This document shows positions 25,871 through 36,452 of a stretch of DNA of 64,000 nucleotides, one piece after another. The DNA is from Eubacteriales bacterium (GTDB lineage Bacteria > Bacillota > Clostridia > Oscillospirales > CAG-272). Every line of letters starts with the position of its first letter. The stretch's first letter is position 1. The position numbers and the translations under genes are program-made. Location: positions 1,739-65,738 of the forward strand of contig JBGVRH010000063.1 of the NCBI GenBank assembly GCA_045128275.1. Direction: 5' to 3'. The notes under the pieces were generated by a model. The model saw only the letters and a list, made by a program, of their open reading frames with translations. It had not been told where the DNA came from and did not search any database.

Positions 25871-28800
25871 TCAACGCTCTTTTTTCTTTTTCAGAGTCAC
25901 CGCTCCCGCCACCGCGCAAAGGATGGCCGCGCAGGAGACCGTCACGGATCCACAGCCGCCCTTGGGCTTTTCGGTGTCGAACTCGGTCTCGCTGTCGGGG
26001 GTAGGATCGGCGGTGGTATCGGTGTCAGGCGCTGAGGTTTCCGACTCCGCGGGCTCGGTAGGCGTGCTCGTATCGGGCTCGGCGGTGTCGGGATCGGCAG
26101 GCTCGGTGGGAGTCGTGTCCACCTCGGTGTCGGCGGGCGTGTCCGCCTCCACGGCCTCCCAGACCGCCGTCAGGGTGACGTCGGCGGCGGGCATGGCGAA
26201 GTCAGACAGCTCCACCGTGTTCCCCTCGGAGTCGGCCCAGCCTTTGAAGGTATAGCCCTCGCGGGTGGGAGTCTTGATGGCGCTCAGGTCAGGGGTCTCG
26301 CCCTTGCGGAGCACCTGCGCCGCGGGGGTACCCGTACCGCCCGCGCCGTTGAAGATCAGGGCGTAGACCTCGGCCTTCAGGGGGAGCTTGTCGGTCATGG
26401 TCAGCTGGCCCGACTCGGAGAGGGTGACGTTATCCAGACTCATGGCGGAGTTGTAGCCTGCCAGGGTGAGGATGGCCGCCCCCAAAGGCTCCTTGTCGGT
26501 ATGGTCGATGATCAGCTCGCCGTCCAGCCAGAAGCGGATGTGACCGCCCTCGTAGGACAGGCCGAACTGGTACCACTTGCCGTTCTCCAGGGCATAGCTC
26601 TTGTTGAACAGCACCGAGGGGACACCGTTCTTGAATTTGCGGAGCTGGATATACTTCAGCACGGTGTTGTACTCCACGAAATACTGGGTGTTGGAGTCCA
26701 CGCGGCAGAAGCTGATACCCACGTTGCCGTCCACGGAGGAGGTGACCTCGTCCACGCGTACGTGGAAGCGGAGATCAAAGGCATCGGTCATGTCGTCCAG
26801 CTGGAGCTTGTAGGAGCCCGAGCCGTTGGGATGGCTGATAAAGGAATTGCCCTCCTCGGTTTTGGTTTCCCAGCCTGTATAGTCGAAGGTGGGGGCAACG
26901 GGCTTCTCGAAGGTCTCCTCAAAGGTCTCGGGGAAGGTGACCTTGTCGCTGCGGATGGCGGCGTTGTCCACCGTCAGCTCACCCGCCTCGGACAGCTCGG
27001 CTCCGATGCAGAGGCTTGCGGGGGCGGTGACCGTAAAGGTCAGGGAGAGCTTCTTAGTCTCGCCCTTGGGGATATCCAGGGTAGCCACGGTGGCTCCGCT
27101 GACCGCGTCGCGGACGAAGAGCTGACCCTTACCCGACACGAGGTCGGTGTCCATGGAGAAGGTGTGCTCGCCCATGCCGAGATGGAGGCCTTCGTATAGA
27201 GAAGCCACGCCCGTCAGCTTGCCACGGTGTGCTCTACCCTCGCCCACAGACTCCACCGCGCCGTCCTCGCCCAGAGTCCAGCTCCAGTTGGACAGGCCCG
27301 TGGTCCAGCCGTTCTTGCCCTTCTTGCGCTCGAAGTCGCCGTTGACAAAGTTGGATGCCGAGGTGATGCCGCAGTCGGTCAGCACGTCGGTGGCTTGGAT
27401 GCACTCCAGGGTACATTGGGAATTATACTTGTTTTTCAGGATGCGGACCTGCTTGACGGGGGAGTAGTCGTCGGTCTCGGTGTTGTCAAAGCCTGTCTTG
27501 CCGTAGTAGGGGTTATCGGGCCAGGCACCCACCGAATAGCTGCCCGACAGGACGTTATCGGTGACCGTGATGTCCTTGATCTCCTGCAGGGACTGATCGG
27601 GAGCGTCGGTACCCCAGGGAATAAAGGTGATGCCGTGACCGCCGAAGATGTTGCTGTGAAGGACGGTGATATCCTCGATGCAGTTGTCTCCGCCGGGGTT
27701 GGGATGCCACCACACCAGACCGCGGGGGTCGTTATAGGTAGAGCAGAGGGTGATGGCGTCGTCGTTGGAGTAGAAGGTGAAGCGGTCGATGATGACGTGC
27801 TTGGTGCCGATGGTGCAGGCCACGCCGTCGCCCGAGGCGCAGGTGACCTCACGGACAGTGAGGCCGCCGATATAGGCGTTCTCGCAGTCGCGGAGGTTGA
27901 AGTTGTAGTTGTTGGTGCGGAGCAGGGTGATGTTGTTGACCTCGATGTTCTCGCATTGGAAGAAGCCCACGGGAATGACGTGGAGGCGGTTCTCACAGCC
28001 CGTCCAGATGGTGGCGCCGCTGACGCTGTCCAGATTCTCGCCGCCCGTATCCACCGAGCGGATGATGCCGCCGCCCGTCAGCTTGATGTTCTCGACCCCG
28101 TCGCCCTGGATCAGGGGGAGGTTATGGCAGGAGCAGGCGTGGGTCCAGTTGACACCCGGGATCACAATATCGTGGCCGTAGACGATATCATACTGATAAT
28201 CCGCCACGCGGGGGGACTGCCACAGCACGGCCCCCTCCTCGATACGCAGCTCCACGTTGTCCTTCATCTTGATATTGGTGATGACGTAACGACGGCCGTA
28301 GAAGGAGTCGTCACCGGGGACAATGACGGTGCCGCCGCCCTGACCCGAGACAGAGTCGATGGCGGCCTGGATCTTGGCGGTATCATCGGTGAAGCCGTCA
28401 CCCACGGCACCAAACTTTTCGTCGGTGACCTTGACCGAGCGGTCGGGAAGAGTGAAGGCGTAGGGGTTCTCGGTGAAGTCGGTGAAGTTCTCGATCTGGA
28501 AGCGGTCGGACACCTTCACAGGGCCATCGGGGGTCTCCACGGCGCAGATGAAGAGGGTGGAGAGATGGGTGACTACGCCGTTCTGCAGGGGGAAGGAGAA
28601 GGTGAAGTCGGTGCCGTTGGCCGTAACGGTGTGGAGGAGCTTGGCACTCTCAAGGCTTTCCGCCCAGTTGGAGATGGACAGCTCGTAGAGGTTGACCTTC
28701 GCCCCCGCGTAGGCGGCGTCCAGCTTGCCCTTGACGGTAACGGTCTCGGTATCGGCGAGGCAGGAGATCATTTCTCCCGCGTAGTCGTAGATGGCCTTCT

Positions 28801-30370
28801 CCCGCTCAAAGGAGATGGCGTCAAAGGAGATGGTACCGTCCGTAGCGCCCACAGGCTCCACCTTGAAGCCGCGGAGGTAGCCCACGGCGTCGGGGCAGGC
28901 CGAGAAGTTGGCGTAGACCGTCTGCCAATCGCCGTGAGGGGTCACGTCCACCAGCACAGAATGCTCGGCGGTGTAGCGGTTCACGGCGGGGGTCTTGAAG
29001 TAGACACGGAGCTGGGCGGCATCGGTATCATTCTTCAGGCGGAAGAAAATGGTGTTCTTGATGTCCAGTCGGGCGCAGTAGGCGTCGCCCACGGGGGCGG
29101 TGATGGTGGGGGACTGGAGGGCGGTACCCGCCCCGTTCAGGGTATAGACCAGCGCGCCGTCACGGGCACCCTGCCCCAGAGCGACCGAGCCCCGGGAGGC
29201 CACAAACCCTGCCAGAGAGCCTTCGGTGGTAAATTCCAGATCCAGATCGGCCACCTCGGGGGCGGCGGTGGGGTCGGTGTCGTAGAGCTTGAGGTTCTTG
29301 AGCTTGGGGGTGGCGTTGTAGCCTTGCACCGTCCAGATGCCCGAGGCGAGATCATCCCCGCGGGTATCGGTGACCTCGTGGATCTTGACGTTGTCGATAT
29401 ACCAGACCAGACAGTTGTCCGCTACGGCGAGCTTCCAGTTATACCACTTGTTCAGCTCCACCGTGACAGCGGTCTCCTTCCCTACGGTGGCGGAGGCCCC
29501 GTTGATGATACGCCGCACGCGGGCGACCTTGAGGACGGTATTGTACTCAAAGAAATACTTCTGCCCGTCAGCAAAGGTATAGGTCACGCCCATATTACCG
29601 TCCACCGAGGAGCGGCTGTCCATTTGGGCAATATCCAGAGAAAGGGCGTTACTGGTCACCGCCTCCTTGGTGGGAAGCTGGGTCACGGCGGCGGAGCTGA
29701 CACCCGTCAGGACGTTCTCGCCGTTCTCCACCGACTTACCCCACCCGCCGATGCTCCAATCGGGGTAGGCGTTCTCCAGATCGTTATACATTTTGAGGCA
29801 CTTGATGCGGGGGGTGGCATTGTAGCCCTGGATGCACCAGTAGCCCCCGGTCAGCGGGTCTCCCTTGGTATCGGTGAGGGTGTAGAGCAGCTCGCCGTTG
29901 AGGTACCATTGGATGCCGTTCTGGGCCATGACCACCTTGAAGTGGTGCCACTCCTTGAGACCCAGCTCCAGGCTCTTGGCCGCGCCGATATGGCTGTCCA
30001 CGCCCGGGCCGATACGGCGGATACGGACCAGCTTGCTGACGGTATTGTACTCAAAGAAGTACTGGTAGCCGTTCGTCATCTTGTAGGCGGGACCGATACT
30101 GCCGTCCACGGTGCCGTAGGAGTCCTCCATGTAGATGTCGAACTCCAGATACATATAGTCGGTGGGATCGGAGTAGAGAAGGTTCAGGGAATTGGAGCGG
30201 TGGCCGATCAGCACAGGCTCACCGTTCTCGTCCCCGACGGTCCAGCCATCGGTCAGCCAGCCTGTGAAGGCATCAGAAGCGGCAGTCGCGGGAACGAGAC
30301 CGACGGCCGTGCCGCACAGAAGCAGCGAGGCCAGCAGGAGGGAGGTGAATTTGCGATAGACGTGTTTCAT
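25871..30370 (-). CDS. 1499-aa cell-surface glycan-active protein: three LamG/DUF1080-like modules, pectate-lyase-fold (GH28/GH55-like) beta-helix, Listeria-Bacteroides repeat, C-terminal TM anchor
   Basis: Start trimmed to MKHVYRKFTSLLLASLLLCG (signal peptide, GGAGACC RBS). G..YFFEYNTV.K....RR recurs three times. FGAVGDGFTDDTAKIQAAID matches the pectate_lyase_3 N-terminal motif. REGYTFKGWADSEGN repeat. Final hydrophobic helix plus KKKKER. Confidence 0.85.
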   Translation of the reverse strand: MKHVYRKFTSLLLASLLLCGTAVGLVPATAASDAFTGWLTDGWTVGDENGEPVLIGHRSNSLNLLYSDPTDYMYLEFDIYMEDSYGTVDGSIGPAYKMTNGYQYFFEYNTVSKLVRIRRIGPGVDSHIGAAKSLELGLKEWHHFKVVMAQNGIQWYLNGELLYTLTDTKGDPLTGGYWCIQGYNATPRIKCLKMYNDLENAYPDWSIGGWGKSVENGENVLTGVSSAAVTQLPTKEAVTSNALSLDIAQMDSRSSVDGNMGVTYTFADGQKYFFEYNTVLKVARVRRIINGASATVGKETAVTVELNKWYNWKLAVADNCLVWYIDNVKIHEVTDTRGDDLASGIWTVQGYNATPKLKNLKLYDTDPTAAPEVADLDLEFTTEGSLAGFVASRGSVALGQGARDGALVYTLNGAGTALQSPTITAPVGDAYCARLDIKNTIFFRLKNDTDAAQLRVYFKTPAVNRYTAEHSVLVDVTPHGDWQTVYANFSACPDAVGYLRGFKVEPVGATDGTISFDAISFEREKAIYDYAGEMISCLADTETVTVKGKLDAAYAGAKVNLYELSISNWAESLESAKLLHTVTANGTDFTFSFPLQNGVVTHLSTLFICAVETPDGPVKVSDRFQIENFTDFTENPYAFTLPDRSVKVTDEKFGAVGDGFTDDTAKIQAAIDSVSGQGGGTVIVPGDDSFYGRRYVITNIKMKDNVELRIEEGAVLWQSPRVADYQYDIVYGHDIVIPGVNWTHACSCHNLPLIQGDGVENIKLTGGGIIRSVDTGGENLDSVSGATIWTGCENRLHVIPVGFFQCENIEVNNITLLRTNNYNFNLRDCENAYIGGLTVREVTCASGDGVACTIGTKHVIIDRFTFYSNDDAITLCSTYNDPRGLVWWHPNPGGDNCIEDITVLHSNIFGGHGITFIPWGTDAPDQSLQEIKDITVTDNVLSGSYSVGAWPDNPYYGKTGFDNTETDDYSPVKQVRILKNKYNSQCTLECIQATDVLTDCGITSASNFVNGDFERKKGKNGWTTGLSNWSWTLGEDGAVESVGEGRAHRGKLTGVASLYEGLHLGMGEHTFSMDTDLVSGKGQLFVRDAVSGATVATLDIPKGETKKLSLTFTVTAPASLCIGAELSEAGELTVDNAAIRSDKVTFPETFEETFEKPVAPTFDYTGWETKTEEGNSFISHPNGSGSYKLQLDDMTDAFDLRFHVRVDEVTSSVDGNVGISFCRVDSNTQYFVEYNTVLKYIQLRKFKNGVPSVLFNKSYALENGKWYQFGLSYEGGHIRFWLDGELIIDHTDKEPLGAAILTLAGYNSAMSLDNVTLSESGQLTMTDKLPLKAEVYALIFNGAGGTGTPAAQVLRKGETPDLSAIKTPTREGYTFKGWADSEGNTVELSDFAMPAADVTLTAVWEAVEADTPADTEVDTTPTEPADPDTAEPDTSTPTEPAESETSAPDTDTTADPTPDSETEFDTEKPKGGCGSVTVSCAAILCAVAGAVTLKKKKER

Positions 30371-30393
30371 GGTGGTCTCCTTTCGGGATTGAG

Positions 30394-31494
30394 TCAACGG
30401 ATAAATATGGACGAAGGGTAGAGGCGCCCGATCAGCTGTCCGACACCGAGGCAGGTCTCCGCCACGTCCTTCAGGGCAAAAAAGCCTTGCGTGTAGACGT
30501 CCTGCTTGATGTATCCCCTCTGCCGCCCCTCCATGAGGTAGCGTCGGTCCGCCAAGGAGCACTCGTGGCCGATCACGAAGGTGGCGAGGGGACGGGCGAG
30601 CCGCCGCTCGATCTTTTCAATGGCGGCGCAGGCAATGTGGGTCACGCCGCTGGATATGTAGAGGCAATCCACGTCCCCTCCGTCAAAGCAACCGATCAAC
30701 CGCTGTGCCAGGGTGGAGGGGGCGATCCGCGCCGTGGGGTCCAGCTCGATATGAAAAATCTGCGCCTCGGGGAAAAGCTCCCTCGCCTTGTCACAGACAC
30801 CCTTCACCCTCTGCTCGGATACCTGAGCGCTGCTGTTGTGGCGGGTGCAGATCACACCCAGACTGCGAATATCCACCCCGCAAGAGGCAATGAGCGAGGC
30901 GGCGCGCTCTCCCTCACCGTAGCCATCGGGACCAACGAAGACGGTGTGGGCATGGGCGCGGAACCAATCCGGCGTCATGTAGTCTTGGGTATCGTTGAAG
31001 ATCACGGTAGGAATGGAGGCTTTTTCCAAAAAACCGCGGCAGGCCTGACCGCCTACGGGGAACAGGATAAGCCCATCCGAGTTATCCGACTCCAGGGCTG
31101 AGAACAGCGAAAGGCTGTCGGGTTCAGTTTGGGGAAAGCTGTGGTAGCTGTAGCGGAGCTGAATGGGGATCCCCTCCTTCTCCAGCACAGCCTTGCTCTT
31201 TTCAATGCCCGCTACAGCCTCCCGCCAGAAGTACAGGGGACGGGAGGGGATGACCACGCTGATCCGCAGGGGACGGCGGGGGGAAGAGGACTCGGAGACT
31301 CCCTCGGAAAGCCCATCTCCCGACAGAGTCAATCCATACTTCTCGGCCTCCCGCCGAACCATATCCACGGTACTCCTCGAAAAGCTGAAGGGATTGGCAA
31401 GGATCTTATAAATGCTGGACTCCGACACCCCCGTATTCCGTGAAATACGGCGGATGGCATCACGCTTGCTTTTGCTGCTGGGGTGCTCTGTCAT
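30394..31494 (-). CDS. LacI-like regulator (N-terminal HTH plus periplasmic-binding-protein-type sugar-binding domain)
   Basis: RDAIRRISRNTGVSESSIYKILAN HTH followed by a PBP1-like alpha/beta domain. Start trimmed to MTEHPSS. The stop lies 24 nt upstream of the start of the 1499-aa gene. Confidence 0.7.
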   Translation of the reverse strand: MTEHPSSKSKRDAIRRISRNTGVSESSIYKILANPFSFSRSTVDMVRREAEKYGLTLSGDGLSEGVSESSSPRRPLRISVVIPSRPLYFWREAVAGIEKSKAVLEKEGIPIQLRYSYHSFPQTEPDSLSLFSALESDNSDGLILFPVGGQACRGFLEKASIPTVIFNDTQDYMTPDWFRAHAHTVFVGPDGYGEGERAASLIASCGVDIRSLGVICTRHNSSAQVSEQRVKGVCDKARELFPEAQIFHIELDPTARIAPSTLAQRLIGCFDGGDVDCLYISSGVTHIACAAIEKIERRLARPLATFVIGHECSLADRRYLMEGRQRGYIKQDVYTQGFFALKDVAETCLGVGQLIGRLYPSSIFIR

Positions 31495-31731
31495 AGGATA
31501 CTCTTTCCGGCTCGCAGCCATAGAACTGTTTTTATGATACCATACAGTTGGCGGAAAATAAATATACAGATTCCACAATTTTTCGGGGTGACTTTTGGGC
31601 AAGTAACAGAGGATCGGGAGGGTCCGCCTTCCTTCTGCTTCAAGCGGTTAAAACGGCAGCGGGCCGGCCGAAAGTCCAAAAAGGGGCCGGGTCAAATGCT
31701 TTGCAAAAAAGCAAATGACCCAGTCCCTTGG

Positions 31732-31765
31732 TCGCGGAGATGGGGAATGACGGTCACGTTCAACG
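31732..31765. repeat. degenerate copy of the GCGGAGATGG core (site E)
   Basis: TCGCGGAGATGGGGAATGACGGTCACGTTCAACG, related to the site A/B core. Confidence 0.4.
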
Positions 31766-32104
31766 GTATAGATCCCCACATCCGAATCATCGACTTAAGA
31801 AGGTTCGTGAATATCTGTGTCAAAGAATGGGTGTTATGGAAAACACCGAGAAAGACGGCGTAGCCGGGGAAACGTCCCGGTCTATCGCCGTTGTCCCCAT
31901 TCGTACCGCACAGCCAAATAAAAAGGCAACCATTGAAATGCAACTCGAAGATCTGCAGGTCAAATTTAACGAAAGTCCCACCGCGGAACAGTTAAAGGTT
32001 GTTTTGAGCATCTTGCTGGATGCAAATCAACCGGTATGTTAAAATCATTCACACTTCGCTTTGATCGATCCGCATATTTTGACCGGGCTCATGTACGTGG
32101 GCTC

Positions 32105-32294
32105 GGTTTTCTTGTGGGGGCGCGGGGGTATTTGGGGGTCCTTTTGAGGGCACTGGCGGCACCGAAAAGCACTAGTATGCCTCTCGGATTAAAGGACAAA
32201 AAAAGAAGAACCTAAGACAAACATCAGGCTATGCCTAGTGTTCGTTTTAGGTTCTTACTGGCGGAGATGGGGGAATGCCATTCATGTACACAAC
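32105..32294. repeat. junction module, copy B
   Basis: GAGGGCACTGGCGGCACCGAAAAGCA...AAGAACCTAAGACAAACATCAGGCTATGCCTAGTGTTCGTTTTAGGTTCTTACTGGCGGAGATGGGGGAATGCCATTCATGTACACAAC is near-identical to copy A. Confidence 0.7.
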
Positions 32295-32313
32295 GCCCTA
32301 TACTCCTTAAGGT
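32198..32313 (-). ncRNA. second near-identical copy of the candidate tRNA-Ser-like transcript
   Basis: Minus strand has TTGACA (32343-32348), 17 nt, TATAAT (32320-32325). Same body and terminator as 19024-19139. Confidence 0.35.
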
Positions 32314-32379
32314 GGCCATATTATATCACAGAAATCCTTCCCTGTCAACAGATTCTTCCCACCGTCGCCCCGCGGGGAA

Positions 32380-32512
32380 TCACTCTTCCGCTTGCCTTTT
32401 ATTCCGCATCGCCGCCGCGATCACGTCGTTCATGTTGTCTTGCTTGATGGCAGCAGGATACTTCTTGACCATTTCAGCAAACGCTGCCCTCGCAGGCAAG
32501 GATCCTCTGCCA
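32380..32512 (-). pseudogene. truncated duplicate of the 3' end of the NTase gene (19206-19925)
   Basis: Near-identical to 19206-19390 but with an internal deletion between two CTCGCAG repeats. The copy ends abruptly and has no start codon or N-terminal part. Confidence 0.7.
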
Positions 32513-32663
32513 TTATTTTAACTTAATGGCATTGCCGACGAGCAGTGTCTTTTTTATTGGCGGAGGGTGTGAAACGTAAAACGACTCATTCGAATCATTC
32601 ATATTCTACAATTCTGACCCAAACCCCAAGACAAGTTGTATAAGGGAACCTCTAATCTTGAAT

Positions 32664-33890
32664 TTAATCATTAGTCAGCACCAAATTCAGCCTCACATCC
32701 CGAATGTCTACACGATCTCGAATTGCCTTTGCAATGTAATATCCTGCGTTTTCTCCCATTTGTGCACAGTTTCCCGTGACGCGGTAAGATGCCATTGCTT
32801 CTCGAGAACCTGAAATACATCTGCCTGCCACAACGATTCCGTCGTATCCCTTCGGAATCAAAGCTCGCATCGGGATGTCATAAGGTTTTACATTGAAACA
32901 TTTTTGCCCCTTATTGGCTTTCGTATGAAAATCTACGTTAAATGTTACACGAGCCACGGGATCGTGAAACCGTGATCCATTTAATATATCGTCAAGCGTC
33001 ATATAGTATTCGCCGATGATCCGTCTGGATTCTCTGACTCCCAGCATGGCGGACGATGTAATTAACTCCAGATCATGAAATTCTTCATCGTATGCTTTCA
33101 AAAATTCAAAAGCGTCGATGATCTGCGCTCTGCCCTCCATGGTTGCCTCCGTTAGGGCTTTGGCACATAAGGAATCATAATCATACATATGTGTAAATTG
33201 GACGACGCCAAAATGGGAGTGAGGCACGGGGATCAGGTACGGAACTTTGAAAGGGATCTGCTTGCCGGCTTTCTCGTAGGCCGCCCCCAATTTTTCATAG
33301 AGCATCAAGCCGTTTCTGTATTTTTCGGGGATGTTGCCGACCAAAAACATTAAGGTCATTGCCTGGCAGGCGGTGTAATCCCCGTTTTCACCCAATTCAA
33401 ACGAACAGCCCGCATTGGCCGCCACGTTTCCGTCTCCCGTACAGTCCACGATCATTTTTGCCATGACAGCGAAACGTCCACTGATATTTTCTGCAATGAT
33501 CCCATAAACTCTTTTTTGTTCGACCAGCGTTCGAGAATACGTTGTATTATATAAAACCTCCACATTGGCTTCCTGCATTTTTCGTTCCAGAATTCTCTTC
33601 ATATACTCGTAATTAAAACTCATATTGCCAAAGCCGCCAAACTGATTGCGTTCCTTCAATTCTGAAACAAGCTCACCGACGATGCCGGTCTTATTCTTGA
33701 AATCAAACAGCGGATTCATAAAGCCCGTTGTCCAGGCGCCGCCCAGACAGTTGTATCTATCCAGGATGAGCGTTTTCATACCACTGCGCCCCAGTGCGAT
33801 CGCAGCGCCGCATCCGGCCGGCCCGGCTCCAACAACTACCGCATCATAATACCCTTGAATAGGTGTTTCTAACGATTCATGAATCATCAT
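32664..33890 (-). CDS. FAD-dependent oxidoreductase
   Basis: YDAVVVGAGPAGCGAAIALGRSGMKTLILDR dinucleotide-binding motif. GGAGG RBS. AT-richer than the core genome. Confidence 0.8.
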   Translation of the reverse strand: MMIHESLETPIQGYYDAVVVGAGPAGCGAAIALGRSGMKTLILDRYNCLGGAWTTGFMNPLFDFKNKTGIVGELVSELKERNQFGGFGNMSFNYEYMKRILERKMQEANVEVLYNTTYSRTLVEQKRVYGIIAENISGRFAVMAKMIVDCTGDGNVAANAGCSFELGENGDYTACQAMTLMFLVGNIPEKYRNGLMLYEKLGAAYEKAGKQIPFKVPYLIPVPHSHFGVVQFTHMYDYDSLCAKALTEATMEGRAQIIDAFEFLKAYDEEFHDLELITSSAMLGVRESRRIIGEYYMTLDDILNGSRFHDPVARVTFNVDFHTKANKGQKCFNVKPYDIPMRALIPKGYDGIVVAGRCISGSREAMASYRVTGNCAQMGENAGYYIAKAIRDRVDIRDVRLNLVLTND

Positions 33891-33986
33891 GCTTCCTCCG
33901 TGTACGAGATGTTTTAGTTGGATTTTCTCAAATAACCGATTATGGCAGGCAAATGATCTCCGCCTGCCATGATCGGTATGAAGGGT

Positions 33987-36371
33987 TTAAGACTCCGATA
34001 ATTGTCCCTTGTATTTTTTGATCAACTCACGCATCAGATCGTAATAGAACGTGCCGTATATCCGGGACGGCTCCAGATCTCGTGAATCCTCGGGAGAATG
34101 TTGTTCTGTTTTTGACCATTCATTCCAGGTTGTCAAAAGAACCATACCCGCGCCCATATCCATAGCGCGTTGGAACTGCTTCTTAAAGGTCGCGCCATCA
34201 TTTCGGTACGAAGCCGGCACGCCGGTTCCCTCCTCCGCCGGATTTCTTCCGCGCGTGGCAGCCGAAACCGTCATACACTCCACCCGCTCGTTTAATACGG
34301 TATACGTTTGTGTCTGGCGTTCCTCCCAGCTCCAAAATCCTCGCGATTGCATGGTATCCGCGTTAAATAGCGAGGATTGCTGTCCGACATATCCCGTCAT
34401 CCAACGTACAGTAAAGCGATCATCCGTCCAGCGTGGCCTTGCACCATATTGATTGGGTGTTGCGCCGTAGCAGATCAACAAGGGCCTTCCTTCGTAGAAA
34501 AAATATTGATCCGCATATTTTTCTACGTAATCACGGTATACCTGATCCACCTTTTTTTGATGATTTCCATTATCGACGCTATCAATACCGTTATGTCCGG
34601 GACCTACAAAAATACAGATCTTCGGAGCGCCCTCGATCTGCGACCAGATCTCGAACATCAGATCCGTCGCCGTCTCGATCATACGGAAATCCTCACGAGA
34701 CGTACCCATGGTTTCGGGATCGTAATCCGTATTATTCGACCAATCCACGAAAACAAAATCCACGCCTGCGTCACGGAGCTGAATCGCGTGTCTGCGCAAA
34801 ACATCGGGATCGTTGGATACGTACTCGCCTGTTAACGGAACGTCCCACGTGCCGTTTACCCAATCTCGAGAAGGTCGATGCCATGTTGAATAAGCAATAC
34901 CGACCAATCGCTCATCGTACGGAGTCGGCTCAAAAAGCCCCACGCCTGTTTGGTCGCATGCAACGTCCTCATAATTGTAAACGACCGTTTGATACAATTC
35001 ATATAACTCGTCCATTTGATTGATTCGCTCCTTAGTTAAAGCGTTCTTACCCGCGTATATGTAGGCGCCTCCTTTGGTATTCTTTACTGTATATCCCATC
35101 CAGCGAAGAATAAAGTCTGCTGCCAATAGAATGGTATCCCCCTGCTTTACTACCGTAGGAAACGCGTAGGAATGACCATTCAGATCCATGCCTGCAGTTC
35201 CAACGTGAAATGTTAAGCGGAGATCGTCGTAAGCAAGCGCTACGGTGTCACCATTCTCTTCGTATTCAAACCCGATCATCGCAGCCACGGCTTTGGCATC
35301 GACCCAGATGGAATCATCCTCAAAATGGATCGGGGCATTCGTTTGAAATTGCTTTTTATCCTGCAAAAAATATCGGTAGCCCTCTCGCAATTCAGTCAAA
35401 GTGTCCTTGGGTTCATACGGCAGTACAGTACCGCTATCCTCCAAATACATGGAAACAATAGACGAATCACAATAGTGGGACATCACACGGAAATATCCCA
35501 GGCTATCACCGTGGGCAAACAGCTCCAGGTTAGCGGTCACGACTTCCGTTCCGTCAACCGTCAGTACACGCAACCGATCATCAGCTTCATGAAATTCAAC
35601 CGTTGCAACGGTGGTTCCGTCTGCCTTGACGGTAATCGTCGTACCGTCGTCGATCATTTCAACCCGTACACCCTTTTCGGCATCAAACGAAAAGTTTGAT
35701 CCAACAACCTTGGTCAGCCGCTCTTTTGCACCGCTTGACATATCGTTCACAATCACGTGTACGGAGTTTCCTGCAAAAGCAAACCATATGCCACTATTGA
35801 TGTATAGATTCGTAGAACCAATCACACGGGCGCCTACCATGATGGTGTGAGACGGTTCTGTTCCCGTTCGGTTGCATATGGTGGTCTCGGCTTTATAGGG
35901 ACGCAGAAGCTGCTCGTTAAATCCCACGCAGTTCCACATATCATCCGCAGAAACAATACCTGTCTCATCCATCGAAGATGTCGCGCCCTTTAAGGTCGTA
36001 AAAACCAGAGCTTCATTGCTTAAAAGATCAGCGTAGGTGTACTCGTTAAAACGGTAGTCTAAAATAATCTGTTGATTTTCGCCCGGAAGAAGCTCCGCAA
36101 GGCCGATATCCTCAAAAGCAGGACTCTCAACATCCGGCCAGGGTTCCTCAGTCTCCGGTTCTGTCGTTTCGGTTTCGTGATCAGTCGTTATTTCCGTGGG
36201 ATCGGATACGGTCTCATGATCATATGTTATGCTTTCGGAGCCCGTGTCCGCCACATCCGTATCGCCTGTGCTCGGATCAACCGCGGGATGCATACAAGCC
36301 ACAGAACCCATAAGTATGCCGACAGTAACGATCAAACACAAAAACGATTTCATCTGGTTGCGATAAGTCAT
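33987..36371 (-). CDS. lipoprotein with a copper-amine-oxidase-N-like (stalk) domain and a C-terminal glycoside-hydrolase-like TIM barrel
   Basis: Lipobox LMGSVAC and GGAGGAAAT RBS. Central IWVDAKAVAAMIGFEYEENGDTVALAYDDLRLTFHVG resembles Cu_amine_oxidN1 repeats. The C-terminal VGIAYSTWH...AGVDFVFVDWSNN is GH-like. The family assignment is uncertain. Confidence 0.65.
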   Translation of the reverse strand: MTYRNQMKSFLCLIVTVGILMGSVACMHPAVDPSTGDTDVADTGSESITYDHETVSDPTEITTDHETETTEPETEEPWPDVESPAFEDIGLAELLPGENQQIILDYRFNEYTYADLLSNEALVFTTLKGATSSMDETGIVSADDMWNCVGFNEQLLRPYKAETTICNRTGTEPSHTIMVGARVIGSTNLYINSGIWFAFAGNSVHVIVNDMSSGAKERLTKVVGSNFSFDAEKGVRVEMIDDGTTITVKADGTTVATVEFHEADDRLRVLTVDGTEVVTANLELFAHGDSLGYFRVMSHYCDSSIVSMYLEDSGTVLPYEPKDTLTELREGYRYFLQDKKQFQTNAPIHFEDDSIWVDAKAVAAMIGFEYEENGDTVALAYDDLRLTFHVGTAGMDLNGHSYAFPTVVKQGDTILLAADFILRWMGYTVKNTKGGAYIYAGKNALTKERINQMDELYELYQTVVYNYEDVACDQTGVGLFEPTPYDERLVGIAYSTWHRPSRDWVNGTWDVPLTGEYVSNDPDVLRRHAIQLRDAGVDFVFVDWSNNTDYDPETMGTSREDFRMIETATDLMFEIWSQIEGAPKICIFVGPGHNGIDSVDNGNHQKKVDQVYRDYVEKYADQYFFYEGRPLLICYGATPNQYGARPRWTDDRFTVRWMTGYVGQQSSLFNADTMQSRGFWSWEERQTQTYTVLNERVECMTVSAATRGRNPAEEGTGVPASYRNDGATFKKQFQRAMDMGAGMVLLTTWNEWSKTEQHSPEDSRDLEPSRIYGTFYYDLMRELIKKYKGQLSES

Positions 36372-36452
36372 ATTTCCTCCTGTGTGTACTCTTTGGGATC
36401 AGCAACGTTGGGTAAAACCCCGATCCGTTTACGGTTTATGGTCTGCCTTGAT

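Noticed and set aside
31836-32042. Possible small protein MENTEKDGVAGETSRSIAVVPIRTAQPNKKATIEMQLEDLQVKFNESPTAEQLKVVLSILLDANQPVC.
   Set aside because: It has no clear RBS and no recognisable family, and it lies in a junction region full of repeat fragments. There is insufficient support to call it.
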